A stretch of 64,000 nucleotides of DNA from an uncultured Thermoprotei archaeon (GTDB taxonomy: Archaea > Thermoproteota > Thermoprotei > Thermofilales > B15-G2): positions 178,391 through 242,390 of the forward strand of contig CBDUKN010000001.1 in assembly GCA_965367815.1 (NCBI GenBank), written 5' to 3'. The notes beneath the pieces were generated by a model, which was not told where the DNA came from, searched no databases, and worked only from the letters and a program-made list of their open reading frames with translations. A program made the position numbers and the translations under genes. Shown one piece after another: positions 10,145 through 19,408 of the stretch (positions are counted from its first letter, which is position 1; every line of letters starts with the position of its first letter).

Positions 10145-10371
10145 ATGTCAACGGAAGTCTTCAGTATCAGAATAAGAAAAGATTTAAAAGAAATAGTTAA
10201 AAATACAGAGAAGTCAATTGGAGAAAACTTATCGAAGAACTTATAGAAGAAGTAGCAGCACGTAAAGAAATTGAAGAATCTTTCAAAGAACTGGATCAAT
10301 TATTCAAAAATATAACTCCTTCACCCGAACCAGGATGGGTTACGGTTAGAGAAGCTAGAGAAACAGAGTGA
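10145..10371 (+). pseudogene. vapB: VapB-type RHH antitoxin, frameshifted
   Basis: MSTEVFSIRIRKDLKEIVK, then a shifted frame gives KYREVNWRKLIEELIEEVAARKEIEESFKELDQLFKNITPSPEPGWVTVREARETE*. Adding one A to the A5 run at 10199-10203 joins them; the stop overlaps the vapC GTG. Confidence 0.8.
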
Positions 10372-10805
10372 TAAGTATGTACATTATAGATGCATCAATA
10401 TACGCTAGTGTAGCTGTTAAAGACGAATTCTATGAAAAAAGCCGCAGCTTCCTCACTCAAAGCAGAAGCTTTAGATGTATAACTCTAGACATAGCTCTCA
10501 TTGAAGCATACAATGCTCTATGGAAACACGTCTATTTACTAAAAAGAATTCCTATAAAAAACTATAGAAATATAGCCGTAAATCTAAGAAAAATATTCGA
10601 AAAAAGCGTAAGAAAAATATTTAATGCAATCGATATAGCTGACGACGCTCTTAATATAGCTATTAACTATGGAATAACAGTCTACGACTCAGCTCACTTA
10701 GCTCTCGCCGAAAAAACAGGATATAAACTAATAACTTACGATAAAGAACTAAAAAGAAGACTTGAAAAAACAAATTTAGAGAAAAACATATATGTCTTTT
10801 ATTAA
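10368..10805 (+). CDS. vapC: VapC PIN-domain toxin
   Basis: IIDAS, E in ALIEAYNA, YDS..LALA, LITYD: PIN acidic residues present. Confidence 0.88.
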   Translation: MISMYIIDASIYASVAVKDEFYEKSRSFLTQSRSFRCITLDIALIEAYNALWKHVYLLKRIPIKNYRNIAVNLRKIFEKSVRKIFNAIDIADDALNIAINYGITVYDSAHLALAEKTGYKLITYDKELKRRLEKTNLEKNIYVFY

Positions 10806-11009
10806 AGTAAAATAACTAGCAAACAATTTTCCTCTACCAATTACGACATTATAGCTAATGTCTCAAACGAACCCAAATAATAAAATAAAGTCCTATGGAC
10901 TCCCAAACATATATTCCTGCTAAATGTAAACAAAGCTCCCAAACATCAATATAGCATAATTCAATTTCCCGCAGAAAAGCTAAAATATTTACATAATTTA
11001 ACAAACTCA

Positions 11010-12066
11010 ATGGATAAATACAGAATAGTTAAAATAACTACCTCAGCCATCTCACTAATTCTAATAATATACCTACTATCAGCAGGAATATCCGCAGCAC
11101 TGATCGAAATAGACTACAACAATATAGAAACACGCATCGAAAACACGTACATTGTAGCAGAAGTACCACTACACAACAAAGGATTCTACCCTATCAAAAA
11201 CATGAAAATATCATACCAAATACTAACACCCGAAAACGAACTAATATACAGCGGAGAAACAGTTATCAAGAAAATAAAGCCAAAAGAATACAAGAAAATA
11301 AAAATAGCAATACCAATAGCCGAGCTCTTATCAGGAAAACTAATTAAAGAAATATTAAAAGAAACATATTTAAAAATACCAGTCAAAATAACACTAATTT
11401 ACGCTTAGTTAATAAAAACACAAGTACAGCTGACAATAAAAGTACCTATCAAAAAAGCAATCACCATACATGAATTAGAAATAAAGAACATAGAAGTTTC
11501 AGAAAAAGGAGTAATCATAACATACGTATGTACACTGACTAGCTCATTTACACTAAAAGATGTAACTCTTCTCATCGTAGCTAACGGAGCTCAATTGAGT
11601 GCAGATAAAATAGACATATATATAGGAACAACAACAATAGAAAAACAAGTAACAATACCGCCAAACATAATAAAGCAGGCGTTATATAATTCAATACTTC
11701 TAGAAATATACTTATCAAAGAATAATATAAAAGTACCTCTCAAAAAAAATAACAATAGGACCAATACTAGTGAATAAAATAAAAGTAATTAAAGTAAATG
11801 TAGACATATTTCAAATGAAAGTATATGCTGAAATACTAGTTCCACTAAACAAAACAATAGTACCGGAAAACATAATTCTGCCTTTGATAATAGTTCAGCG
11901 CAATGCTCAGGGGGCAGTAGTCTCGAAAACAAGTCTTCAAATAAAGCCTGTAAACAATGTAATTAAGCTTGAATTTAAGGTAGCATTACAAACAAGAGCT
12001 ATTGAAATAATCTTAGAAAACCCCTTCAACATAACTCTAGTAAAATATGGTATAGGAGGCGAATAA
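11010..12066 (+). pseudogene. Disrupted membrane-anchored beta-rich (LEA-2/Ig-like) surface protein, about 350 aa
   Basis: ORFs 11010-11408, 11595-11777 and 11770-12066 form one gene. In-frame TAG at 11406-11408 is followed by open coding sequence; removing one A from the A8 run at 11742-11749 gives LKKITIGPILVNKIKV into the last ORF. Confidence 0.7.
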
Positions 12067-12068
12067 CT

Positions 12069-12569
12069 ATGAAAAAACTAAAACTTTTACTATCTACAGT
12101 ATCAGCAATAATATTTTTCATTGTAGCCGCTTATCTACCATACGTACTGTTTACTAAAAACCTTAAAGAAATAGCTACGTTACTGCAACCACTACTTAAC
12201 ATAAATACTGAAGAAATACCGCCTATAACAATATCGGTAGACAGAGATCTCAATTTAATACTAGCTGTGGGAATAATATACACCATAGTAGCACTAACGG
12301 CAAGCATAGTGTGCTACTTTAAAGAAGCCCGCGAGAGTATATTAGAGGTAGCTAAAGCGACTTTAATGACGTTGTTTAAAGCTGTATGGCTAATTGGATC
12401 AAGTGGAGTAGGAGTATACGTAATTAAAATACCTCCTACAGAAATATTTGAATCGGAAATACAGCTAACATTAGACATGTCAATAATAGCTATAGTACTA
12501 CTGCTTTTGTCACTGCTAGAAGTTGCTTTTTCAGTACTGCAAATCAAGAAAAACAATAAAACATATTAA
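12069..12569 (+). CDS. Hypothetical membrane protein (4 TM)
   Basis: GGAGG SD upstream; four hydrophobic segments; directly follows the pseudogene. Confidence 0.65.
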   Translation: MKKLKLLLSTVSAIIFFIVAAYLPYVLFTKNLKEIATLLQPLLNINTEEIPPITISVDRDLNLILAVGIIYTIVALTASIVCYFKEARESILEVAKATLMTLFKAVWLIGSSGVGVYVIKIPPTEIFESEIQLTLDMSIIAIVLLLLSLLEVAFSVLQIKKNNKTY

Positions 12570-12788
12570 TTTACATTGATTGTCATCTAAAGAAATATGT
12601 TTAGGACAAAGTAATTTAAGAGATTACTAGTATTAAATACTTAAGGAAATGATTTATTTCTAAGTTCAAGTAACTTAATTTATCTTCATATGTAGATACT
12701 TAAGCCACTTAAAGGATACTATTTAAGAATGCTAAATTTACTATGAAGTATACTTCAACTAAGCATGTACTTTACTGAACGTGAGTAG

Positions 12789-14279
12789 CTAGAAGAGAAT
12801 TCTTGCTGTTATTTCGAGTAAAGGCTTTACCTTATTCAATATAAGTGACGGAGTTAACGCGTAGACTATTAACTTTACTTCATTTTTTGATATTAAGTTA
12901 AGTTTAATGTACATTATATACGATAGTATTATAATTAATGGTACGCCTATAATCCATTCTTGTCTAAGTATAGTCCAGGCGACGCTTGATAACGCTAGTG
13001 GGACTGCTGCTAAGCAGGCTATTGTCTTGTATGAGGGAGTGAAGCCTATGTTTTTCGCTATAATTACTGATGCGAGAAAACCTGTTATACTTCCTGCCAA
13101 AAAGGATAGTGCTGCGCCGTATCCTCCATAAGGTGGAACTAGTATGAAGTAGAGCACTATTCTCGGAATATTCAGTGCAGCGCCTAAGGCAAGTATTTTC
13201 ATGTACCCATTATAAGCATAGAGGAGGTTTGTGACAGCGCCTACAAAGATTATGAATGCTGATGAAGCTAGCAGTACGAAAAGCGAGCTACTTGCTGAAA
13301 CATATTCTCTTCTAAGCAGTTTTAAAGGAGCCCAGGGATACGTCATTAAAGCGAAAGCTAAAGGCAGTATTAGTGCATAGCATACTTTAAGAGTGCTCCA
13401 GCAGACTCTTTTTCTTCCATCGGTAAGGCTGCTCAAAACTGGGAGAAGAAGCATAGTTATGTTTAGCCCTAGTCCTACGACGACAGAGCTTATTGTAAAT
13501 GCTATGTAGTAAGCACCTGTTTCTACAGCTCCTGTGCTTCCAAAGACTACGAGGACTCCAAGCCACTGACCTAAAAGAGTCACTACATTTGGTAGCCATG
13601 AAACGGAGCCTGCCTTTAGTATTTTGTATACAGCACTTAGAGAGAAAGCTATTCTCTTTTCAGAGTAGAGCCTACTCAAATACAAATATACTAGAAGCAT
13701 TACTAAGTAGTGAAAAACATAGCCAAGGCTTGCACCAACCCAGCTCCAGCCCCAAATAACTAATGTAATTCCTACTGCTAGACGCACAACATTTCCTAGC
13801 GCTGACACAAGTGCGACAATGTTTGTCTTAAGTACTGCCGTAAAAAGAGCCGTGAAATTAGTGTTGAATCCCAGTGCGACGAGAAGTGAGCATATAACAA
13901 AGGCCTGTGGAGAAAATTCCTTATAAGAAAATCCAGACAGCGCTAGAAGCATTAACATGAACCCTGCAGCGAAGTAAACTATCGCTGAAAACAGAGTAGT
14001 TGACCAGAAATAAGTAGATAAACTTTCTCTGTCTTTTTGGCCCCAAGCTTCACCTATGTATTTCTGCAAGCCTATACCACTGCCCATATTTAGTAAACCT
14101 ATGATTATTGAAGCTAAGCCTATAACGGCGCTAGTATATCCCAGTACTGAAGGGCCTCCAATAATTGATATTACAAACCAGTAAACGAACCCAAATATGT
14201 TATTGAGGATATTTGATAGATAAAGCCAAGATCCTCCTTTCAAGACTTTGCTGACGACGCTTTGTTCGCTGGAAGACAT
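12789..14279 (-). CDS. Oligosaccharide flippase (Wzx/RfbX, MOP superfamily)
   Basis: About 14 TM helices, G.Y..A motifs, LVP.YG..GAAL motif. Confidence 0.85.
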   Translation of the reverse strand: MSSSEQSVVSKVLKGGSWLYLSNILNNIFGFVYWFVISIIGGPSVLGYTSAVIGLASIIIGLLNMGSGIGLQKYIGEAWGQKDRESLSTYFWSTTLFSAIVYFAAGFMLMLLALSGFSYKEFSPQAFVICSLLVALGFNTNFTALFTAVLKTNIVALVSALGNVVRLAVGITLVIWGWSWVGASLGYVFHYLVMLLVYLYLSRLYSEKRIAFSLSAVYKILKAGSVSWLPNVVTLLGQWLGVLVVFGSTGAVETGAYYIAFTISSVVVGLGLNITMLLLPVLSSLTDGRKRVCWSTLKVCYALILPLAFALMTYPWAPLKLLRREYVSASSSLFVLLASSAFIIFVGAVTNLLYAYNGYMKILALGAALNIPRIVLYFILVPPYGGYGAALSFLAGSITGFLASVIIAKNIGFTPSYKTIACLAAVPLALSSVAWTILRQEWIIGVPLIIILSYIMYIKLNLISKNEVKLIVYALTPSLILNKVKPLLEITARILF

Positions 14280-14535
14280 CAGTGTTGTACAAGTAAATTT
14301 TTTTATAAAAATTTCGGAAAAATAGTCTACTTTTAGCTAAGGTAGAGAAGTCAGTAAAATTTATGGAAAATTCGCTACAGCTAGAGTATTGTTCGTTTTT
14401 CAGCAGCTCTGCTTTTCTCTAACCATGCATCCTTTCCATAAACTAATTATACTCACATTTTACCGAATAATGATGCTGAAATAATAATTTAGTGTCAACT
14501 AGGGTTTAAATATCTGCTTAGAATAATGTGCTAAT

Positions 14536-15369
14536 GTGTACGTAATTAAAGCAAACGGGGAGAAAGAAGAATTTGATAAAAGTAAAATAATAAGAACTTG
14601 TTTAAGAATGGGGGCTTCAAGAGAATTAGCTGAAGAAATTGCTTCTGAAGTAGAGAAGAGAGCTTATGACGGAATTCCCACTAAAGAAATCTTAAAAACG
14701 ATACTTAAGTTACTAGAAGAGCGCTACCACCCAGCATTTAAACATAGAGAAGACTTGAGATCTGCGCTTAGTCTACTTAGGCCTAAACCAGATTTCGAGC
14801 AATATGTGCGAATAGTTCTAAGAGAACTGGGATACTTTGTTTTACCTAATCAAATTATTAGAGGTAAATGCCTTGAATACGAGCTAGACGGGATAATTGA
14901 AAAAGATGATAAGAGATATATGCTTGAAGTAAAACATCACGTAAATCCTCATACACCTACTGGCCTAGAAGTATGTTTAGCTGTGCACGCTAAGCTACTG
15001 GATATTAATGAAGGATATAGACTAGGCTTAACTACAGTCAAGCTCGATGGAGCAATAATAGTGTGTAACACAAAGTTTTCCTACCATGCACGAAAGTACG
15101 CTGAATGTGCAGGCTTAATGCTGCTAGGCTGGAATCATCCTTCCGAAAACGGTTTAAGCACTATTATAGAAAAAAAGAAGCTCTACCCAATTACGTGTAT
15201 TAAGGGATTTAGTAGGGACGTTTATGCTAAACTTGCAGAAGCTAGAGTACTACTACTTAGGCAAGTAGCTGAAAGTCCTCTAGAAGAATTAACTAAAATT
15301 ACTGGTCTCGATGAAGATACCTTAAGATTGCTTAAAGATAGAGCATTAAAAATAATGTCTATATATTAA
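14536..15369 (+). CDS. ATP-cone + Mrr-like restriction endonuclease domain protein
   Basis: N-terminal VIKANGEKEEFDKSKI ATP cone; FEQYV...ELDG...LEVKHH (PD-(D/E)xK); NTKFS; C-terminal HhH-like region. Confidence 0.8.
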   Translation: MYVIKANGEKEEFDKSKIIRTCLRMGASRELAEEIASEVEKRAYDGIPTKEILKTILKLLEERYHPAFKHREDLRSALSLLRPKPDFEQYVRIVLRELGYFVLPNQIIRGKCLEYELDGIIEKDDKRYMLEVKHHVNPHTPTGLEVCLAVHAKLLDINEGYRLGLTTVKLDGAIIVCNTKFSYHARKYAECAGLMLLGWNHPSENGLSTIIEKKKLYPITCIKGFSRDVYAKLAEARVLLLRQVAESPLEELTKITGLDEDTLRLLKDRALKIMSIY

Positions 15370-15446
15370 AATCTATTTAATTCATTTTTAAGACAATATA
15401 ACTATTTGATTCTCCAGTGGAAATGACTGATGATAGGAGGGGTTCA

Positions 15447-16145
15447 TCAAATTACTAGAGTCGAGAAGCATAAAAGTATGTAGAGTAAAGGAGGTAGAAC
15501 AATATTATCGTCAATAGGTGAGCATAATTCTCCTACAGCAGATATGAATGCAACTATTAGTGAAAAATAGCCGACAATAGTATACGTTGCTGCTGAAATG
15601 ACTATAAATAATGCGAAAGCACCTTCAATACTCTTATTGAGCAGCCTATGTTTGCCAAAGTGTAAACCTGCAAGTGATGCTATAGAATCTCCAATACCAG
15701 AAATAACTATACTTAAAGTAGAGTACTCAATTTTAATGAAAAACTGAAGAAGAAGTACTAGAAGAGCTCCTGAAGCTAAATTGAGTGCACAGTAGCCTGG
15801 AGGCTCGTTTTCTCGAGAGAACTTATTTATAACGCTTTTAGTTATTTTACCGAGTTTATCTACACGTTCTACTGCTAAAGAACCTATTAAAACTAGTATA
15901 GATAAAGTTAGAAGAGATAAACTGTAGCCAAAGCTGATGTAGAGAAAATGAAGTAGAAGACAGCATAAAATGTGTACTATTTTTCTATAGTATTCTCCTC
16001 TAGCGCTTCTATGAAATAGTATAACTGCGAGAATAGCAAGTAGTAGTACGAAGTATTCTACATATCCTGTTAAAGAAGTTTGAAAGTCTACTAGCGATAA
16101 AGCTAAACCTGAAATAGATATAGTTAGGTAAAATTCTCTACGCAT
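15447..16145 (-). CDS. Dolichol/phytol kinase-like CTP-dependent membrane kinase
   Basis: E.YRK.VH, GDS.ASL.G..FG+H, NKS.EG, IDDN..LP motifs. Confidence 0.8.
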   Translation of the reverse strand: MRREFYLTISISGLALSLVDFQTSLTGYVEYFVLLLAILAVILFHRSARGEYYRKIVHILCCLLLHFLYISFGYSLSLLTLSILVLIGSLAVERVDKLGKITKSVINKFSRENEPPGYCALNLASGALLVLLLQFFIKIEYSTLSIVISGIGDSIASLAGLHFGKHRLLNKSIEGAFALFIVISAATYTIVGYFSLIVAFISAVGELCSPIDDNIVLPPLLYILLCFSTLVI

Positions 16146-17382
16146 ATTCTAGTATTCTTTTCTGTTTCATAAGAAGTCTTAAAATATATGATTTAGGTAA
16201 TATTAGGTTTAAATCTGTTTCAATGAATTTCTTTGCAAGAGAAAGAGCTTTACTAAGATCATCTACTATTACAGGCTTTCCTTTAAGTGCATTTCGCACA
16301 CTTTCTCTTATTTGCCACGAGCCTACGGGTGCGTAGTAGTCTTTTGTTACTTCTCTAATAGCTATGACTGTTGCCTGCCGCTTTTCTCTGTAAAGGTGTT
16401 CTAGTACAGGGAATCTTATGGCGTGATAGCCGCCGTCTACACCGGGTTTTCTCCACTTGCCGTCGTGTAGCTCGAAGTTCACTGTGAAGAAAGGCTCATT
16501 TGATTTAACCCATATGCTTCTAGGAAGCCATATTTCTATCATTTCAAAAGACCAGGGGCCCGGCGCCATTATAATGAAGTACCTGTTTCCCATGTAGCTT
16601 GTCTTATAGACTCTGTACTCGTTTATTTCACTGAAAGTTCTAACTTTTTCGAGTAGTTTATCTCCTAGAATACTGTCTACGGCGGTAATGCTCCACCTAG
16701 TGGGGACAATTTTTCTATCTTTCTTTAATCCGAGCAACCCTAGTGAGAAGAGCCGCACTATGTGGTACACTGAAATACCGCTGAAGTATAGTTCAGCTAT
16801 ACTTTCGCTGGCTCTAGCATCTTCGTCGCTCACTAGCTGATCTACTCTTCTAGGTACAACAGGATTACTTGCCAAGTTAAGTTTGTCTAATACAGCTACA
16901 GGGCCTCGTGGAGCAACTATTCCGTCAAAAGCTAGCCGCGGAGTAGGAGGTTTCTTGAAGACATACTCTGCGTCAACAGGCTCCGTTGAAAGAGAAATCT
17001 CTTTAATGAGATTGAGAAGCCTAGAGCTAGGTCTCCTTGCCTCCGTTACTCTAGCAGTAAAGCTGGAGAAAATAGTTCTAGCTCTAAGCCTAATAATATC
17101 GTCTATTGAAAACCTCCTCCACCATGACTCAGGATCATCGTAGATTTTTGCTTCAGCTCCAGGAACAGGAGCTACATTCGGCCCTAAAGTCACGTAAGGG
17201 TAGTTCTTTTCTCCAACTAAAACGGAGGGAGGTGTAGCTGCATAAAGAGTCTTCTTTCTAATAGTAGGCTTTATTTTGAGTTCTTCTTCTAGCCTAACTA
17301 AAATAGGGCACTTCGGGAAACCACAGAGCTTTCTTACACCTTTACACTGTGCACAAAGAGCAGGGTCTATTTTCTTAGGCAC
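16138..17382 (-). CDS. nreA: Nre family DNA repair protein (NreA)
   Basis: N-terminal CxxCKG..LCG...CP, PPSVLVG, VPTRWSITAVD, PVGSWQIRE, C-terminal PIP-like QKRILEY. Confidence 0.9.
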   Translation of the reverse strand: MPKKIDPALCAQCKGVRKLCGFPKCPILVRLEEELKIKPTIRKKTLYAATPPSVLVGEKNYPYVTLGPNVAPVPGAEAKIYDDPESWWRRFSIDDIIRLRARTIFSSFTARVTEARRPSSRLLNLIKEISLSTEPVDAEYVFKKPPTPRLAFDGIVAPRGPVAVLDKLNLASNPVVPRRVDQLVSDEDARASESIAELYFSGISVYHIVRLFSLGLLGLKKDRKIVPTRWSITAVDSILGDKLLEKVRTFSEINEYRVYKTSYMGNRYFIIMAPGPWSFEMIEIWLPRSIWVKSNEPFFTVNFELHDGKWRKPGVDGGYHAIRFPVLEHLYREKRQATVIAIREVTKDYYAPVGSWQIRESVRNALKGKPVIVDDLSKALSLAKKFIETDLNLILPKSYILRLLMKQKRILEYA

Positions 17383-17432
17383 TCTGTGAAGAAAGCGCAG
17401 TTAAAGTAGATAAAACTGTTGCTTAAATACAT

Positions 17433-17906
17433 TTACTCGATTTCAGCTACAATAACTAAGGCGCATCCGCATTTCTCTACTTTATGCTCGGCTGAGTACA
17501 CTTTGTACTTTGTAATAGTTATTTTCCTAGCTTTAGCCATTTCCTTTAACCTCAGCAAAGCTCTTTCTTCAGCCTCACTTCTACTAATATTGCGTGCAGA
17601 ATACTCAGCTACTAGCGTGGGCCCCTTGTCGGTCCACCCTATAGCCATAGCTGCTGCAATAACTTCACCCCTAGTACTTGAGACAACATAGTCATATATT
17701 GCCGGAAGATTTGCTCCTAAAGGAATCCCCTGAGGAGGCTCTTCAGTAATCTCTATGTCTCTTGGGAGAATACTAGTTAGCTTTATGAGGGATACTTGAG
17801 GCAGACCTGCTTTAATCAAGCAGTTGTCGAATGCATTTAGCTCTGTTTCCCCTTCCGCTGATACAGCGGCTACATAGGCTTTCTTAGGAACAGTTATTAA
17901 ACTCAT
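17433..17906 (-). CDS. pdaD: Pyruvoyl-dependent arginine decarboxylase
   Basis: EGETELNAFD..L..AGL..VSLIKLT|SILP cleavage motif (Thr-Ser), R.L motif. Confidence 0.85.
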   Translation of the reverse strand: MSLITVPKKAYVAAVSAEGETELNAFDNCLIKAGLPQVSLIKLTSILPRDIEITEEPPQGIPLGANLPAIYDYVVSSTRGEVIAAAMAIGWTDKGPTLVAEYSARNISRSEAEERALLRLKEMAKARKITITKYKVYSAEHKVEKCGCALVIVAEIE

Positions 17907-17988
17907 ACTGTTTCCTAAAGCTACTGTAAAAACAGTACTTAAAATTAACGTTCCTAATGCAAGCTAAAAAGAATGTAAGTTATGTAAT

Positions 17989-18237
17989 CTATCTATATTT
18001 AAGAGACTCATCCAGGTAATCTCGGTAGTCTTCTATTTGTTTTCTAATAGCCTGCCTTATAAATTCCGATAAGTGACGGTATCCTTTTAGCTCAACGTAT
18101 TTCTTCATCTTAATGTAAAGTTCCTCAGGTACAGTAAATGTTACTACGCGAGAAGATTTCTTTTTGTTCTTTCTTCGTTCAGAAGAATATGTTTCACTCA
18201 GCATGTGCTCTCTAAGTCCCCTCAGCTCCCCCCTCAT
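17989..18237 (-). CDS. Ribbon-helix-helix (CopG/MetJ) DNA-binding protein
   Basis: VVTFTVPEELY..M..YV...GY..LSEFIRQAIR. Confidence 0.75.
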   Translation of the reverse strand: MRGELRGLREHMLSETYSSERRKNKKKSSRVVTFTVPEELYIKMKKYVELKGYRHLSEFIRQAIRKQIEDYRDYLDESLKYR

Positions 18238-18289
18238 CGAGTAAACATAACCTGAGAGATTTAAAATATTTAGTGTCTATATTTTCTAA

Positions 18290-19408
18290 CTATATCCTAC
18301 TATTAGCCAGTCTACTTGAAACTGCTTCACATAAATCTAGTACATTTAAGTTAAATTCCTTCAATGTGCTAGCATACCTAAAGTTCATTAAGCATACAGG
18401 ACATGCTGTAACAAGAGTATCTACTTTCAGCGGAAGAATTTCATTCACTATTTTTCTTGAAGCAGCTTCAATCGCGAGATCCGTGTACAGTCCCCATATT
18501 AAGCCTCCTCCACCGCAACAAGTAGACTTAAGACCCTGCTTAGCTGGACCAACAATTTTGTACCCGAATTTTTCTAAAACAGCCCTAGGCTCTTCTACAA
18601 CGCCACAGTGTCTAGCAAGTTCACATGGATCGTGGTAAGCGATGTTCTTGACGTTAACTGGTTCTACTTTAATTCTATTAAGAGATTCCTTGAGCAGCTG
18701 TGATATGTGGAGAATTCTGGTAGGGAGCTCTATGCCGAGTACTTCTGGGTAGAGATATTTTAGCGTATGGAAGCAGCTAGGACAGCCTGTTACAAGAGCA
18801 CTGGGATTAATTTCGCTTAAAATCCTCACTATTTTCTCAGCTAGCTTTTTGGCTTCATTAATGAATCCAGCTAATATAAGAGGACTACCGCAGCAAACTT
18901 CGCTTACTGTACAAACACTGTAATTTAAGCTGGATATGAGTTTGAGCTGTACCTCACTTAGGTCTGGCAGCCTATAGTTCATCATGCATCCTCTCCAGTA
19001 CAGGATGTCTCCTCTCTTCTCTCCTTGAGCAGAGGGATTTTCTTCAAAGCCGAATATGTTACCGGTTTTCAGTACATTTCTGACTAGTCTAAGTATGGGA
19101 TTTGGTGCAGTGCCTTTTTCTGAAAGAATTTTTCTTGCAGAAAGAACTAGACTTGGCACATCTATGCCTGCAGGACACTTAACAAGGCATCCCCCACATA
19201 AAGCACAAGTATACAGCTCCTCTAATAGATCTCTGAACTCGAATATGTCTTCGCATACTCCTTTAAGCAGAATTACTCTGCCTCTAGGTCCTCTTACCTC
19301 AAGTCTATTTAATGTATTGTAGATAGAGCAGATAGTATTGCAGAAGCCGCAGCGAGTACAGAGATTAACAACAATATTTCTTAATTCTTCTTGGCTCAGA
19401 ATTTTCAT
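18290..19408 (-). CDS. Fe-S oxidoreductase subunit (GlcF/HdrD-like, CCG domains)
   Basis: CxxCGxC, CxxCxxCxxxCP, CCG motifs, YHDPCELAR, TACPVC; overlaps the glcD-like gene. Confidence 0.88.
   Translation of the reverse strand: MKILSQEELRNIVVNLCTRCGFCNTICSIYNTLNRLEVRGPRGRVILLKGVCEDIFEFRDLLEELYTCALCGGCLVKCPAGIDVPSLVLSARKILSEKGTAPNPILRLVRNVLKTGNIFGFEENPSAQGEKRGDILYWRGCMMNYRLPDLSEVQLKLISSLNYSVCTVSEVCCGSPLILAGFINEAKKLAEKIVRILSEINPSALVTGCPSCFHTLKYLYPEVLGIELPTRILHISQLLKESLNRIKVEPVNVKNIAYHDPCELARHCGVVEEPRAVLEKFGYKIVGPAKQGLKSTCCGGGGLIWGLYTDLAIEAASRKIVNEILPLKVDTLVTACPVCLMNFRYASTLKEFNLNVLDLCEAVSSRLANSRI

Noticed and set aside
10114-10299. 61-aa minus-strand Phe-rich ORF
   Set aside because: Antisense shadow of the frameshifted vapB on the plus strand.
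11406-11408. In-frame TAG as pyrrolysine or programmed readthrough
   Set aside because: The same gene has a second lesion (A8 frameshift), and no pyl genes or methylamine methyltransferase context are in the window.
15405-15450. TGATGA-containing intergenic stretch as a C/D sRNA
   Set aside because: No correctly spaced CTGA boxes on either strand.
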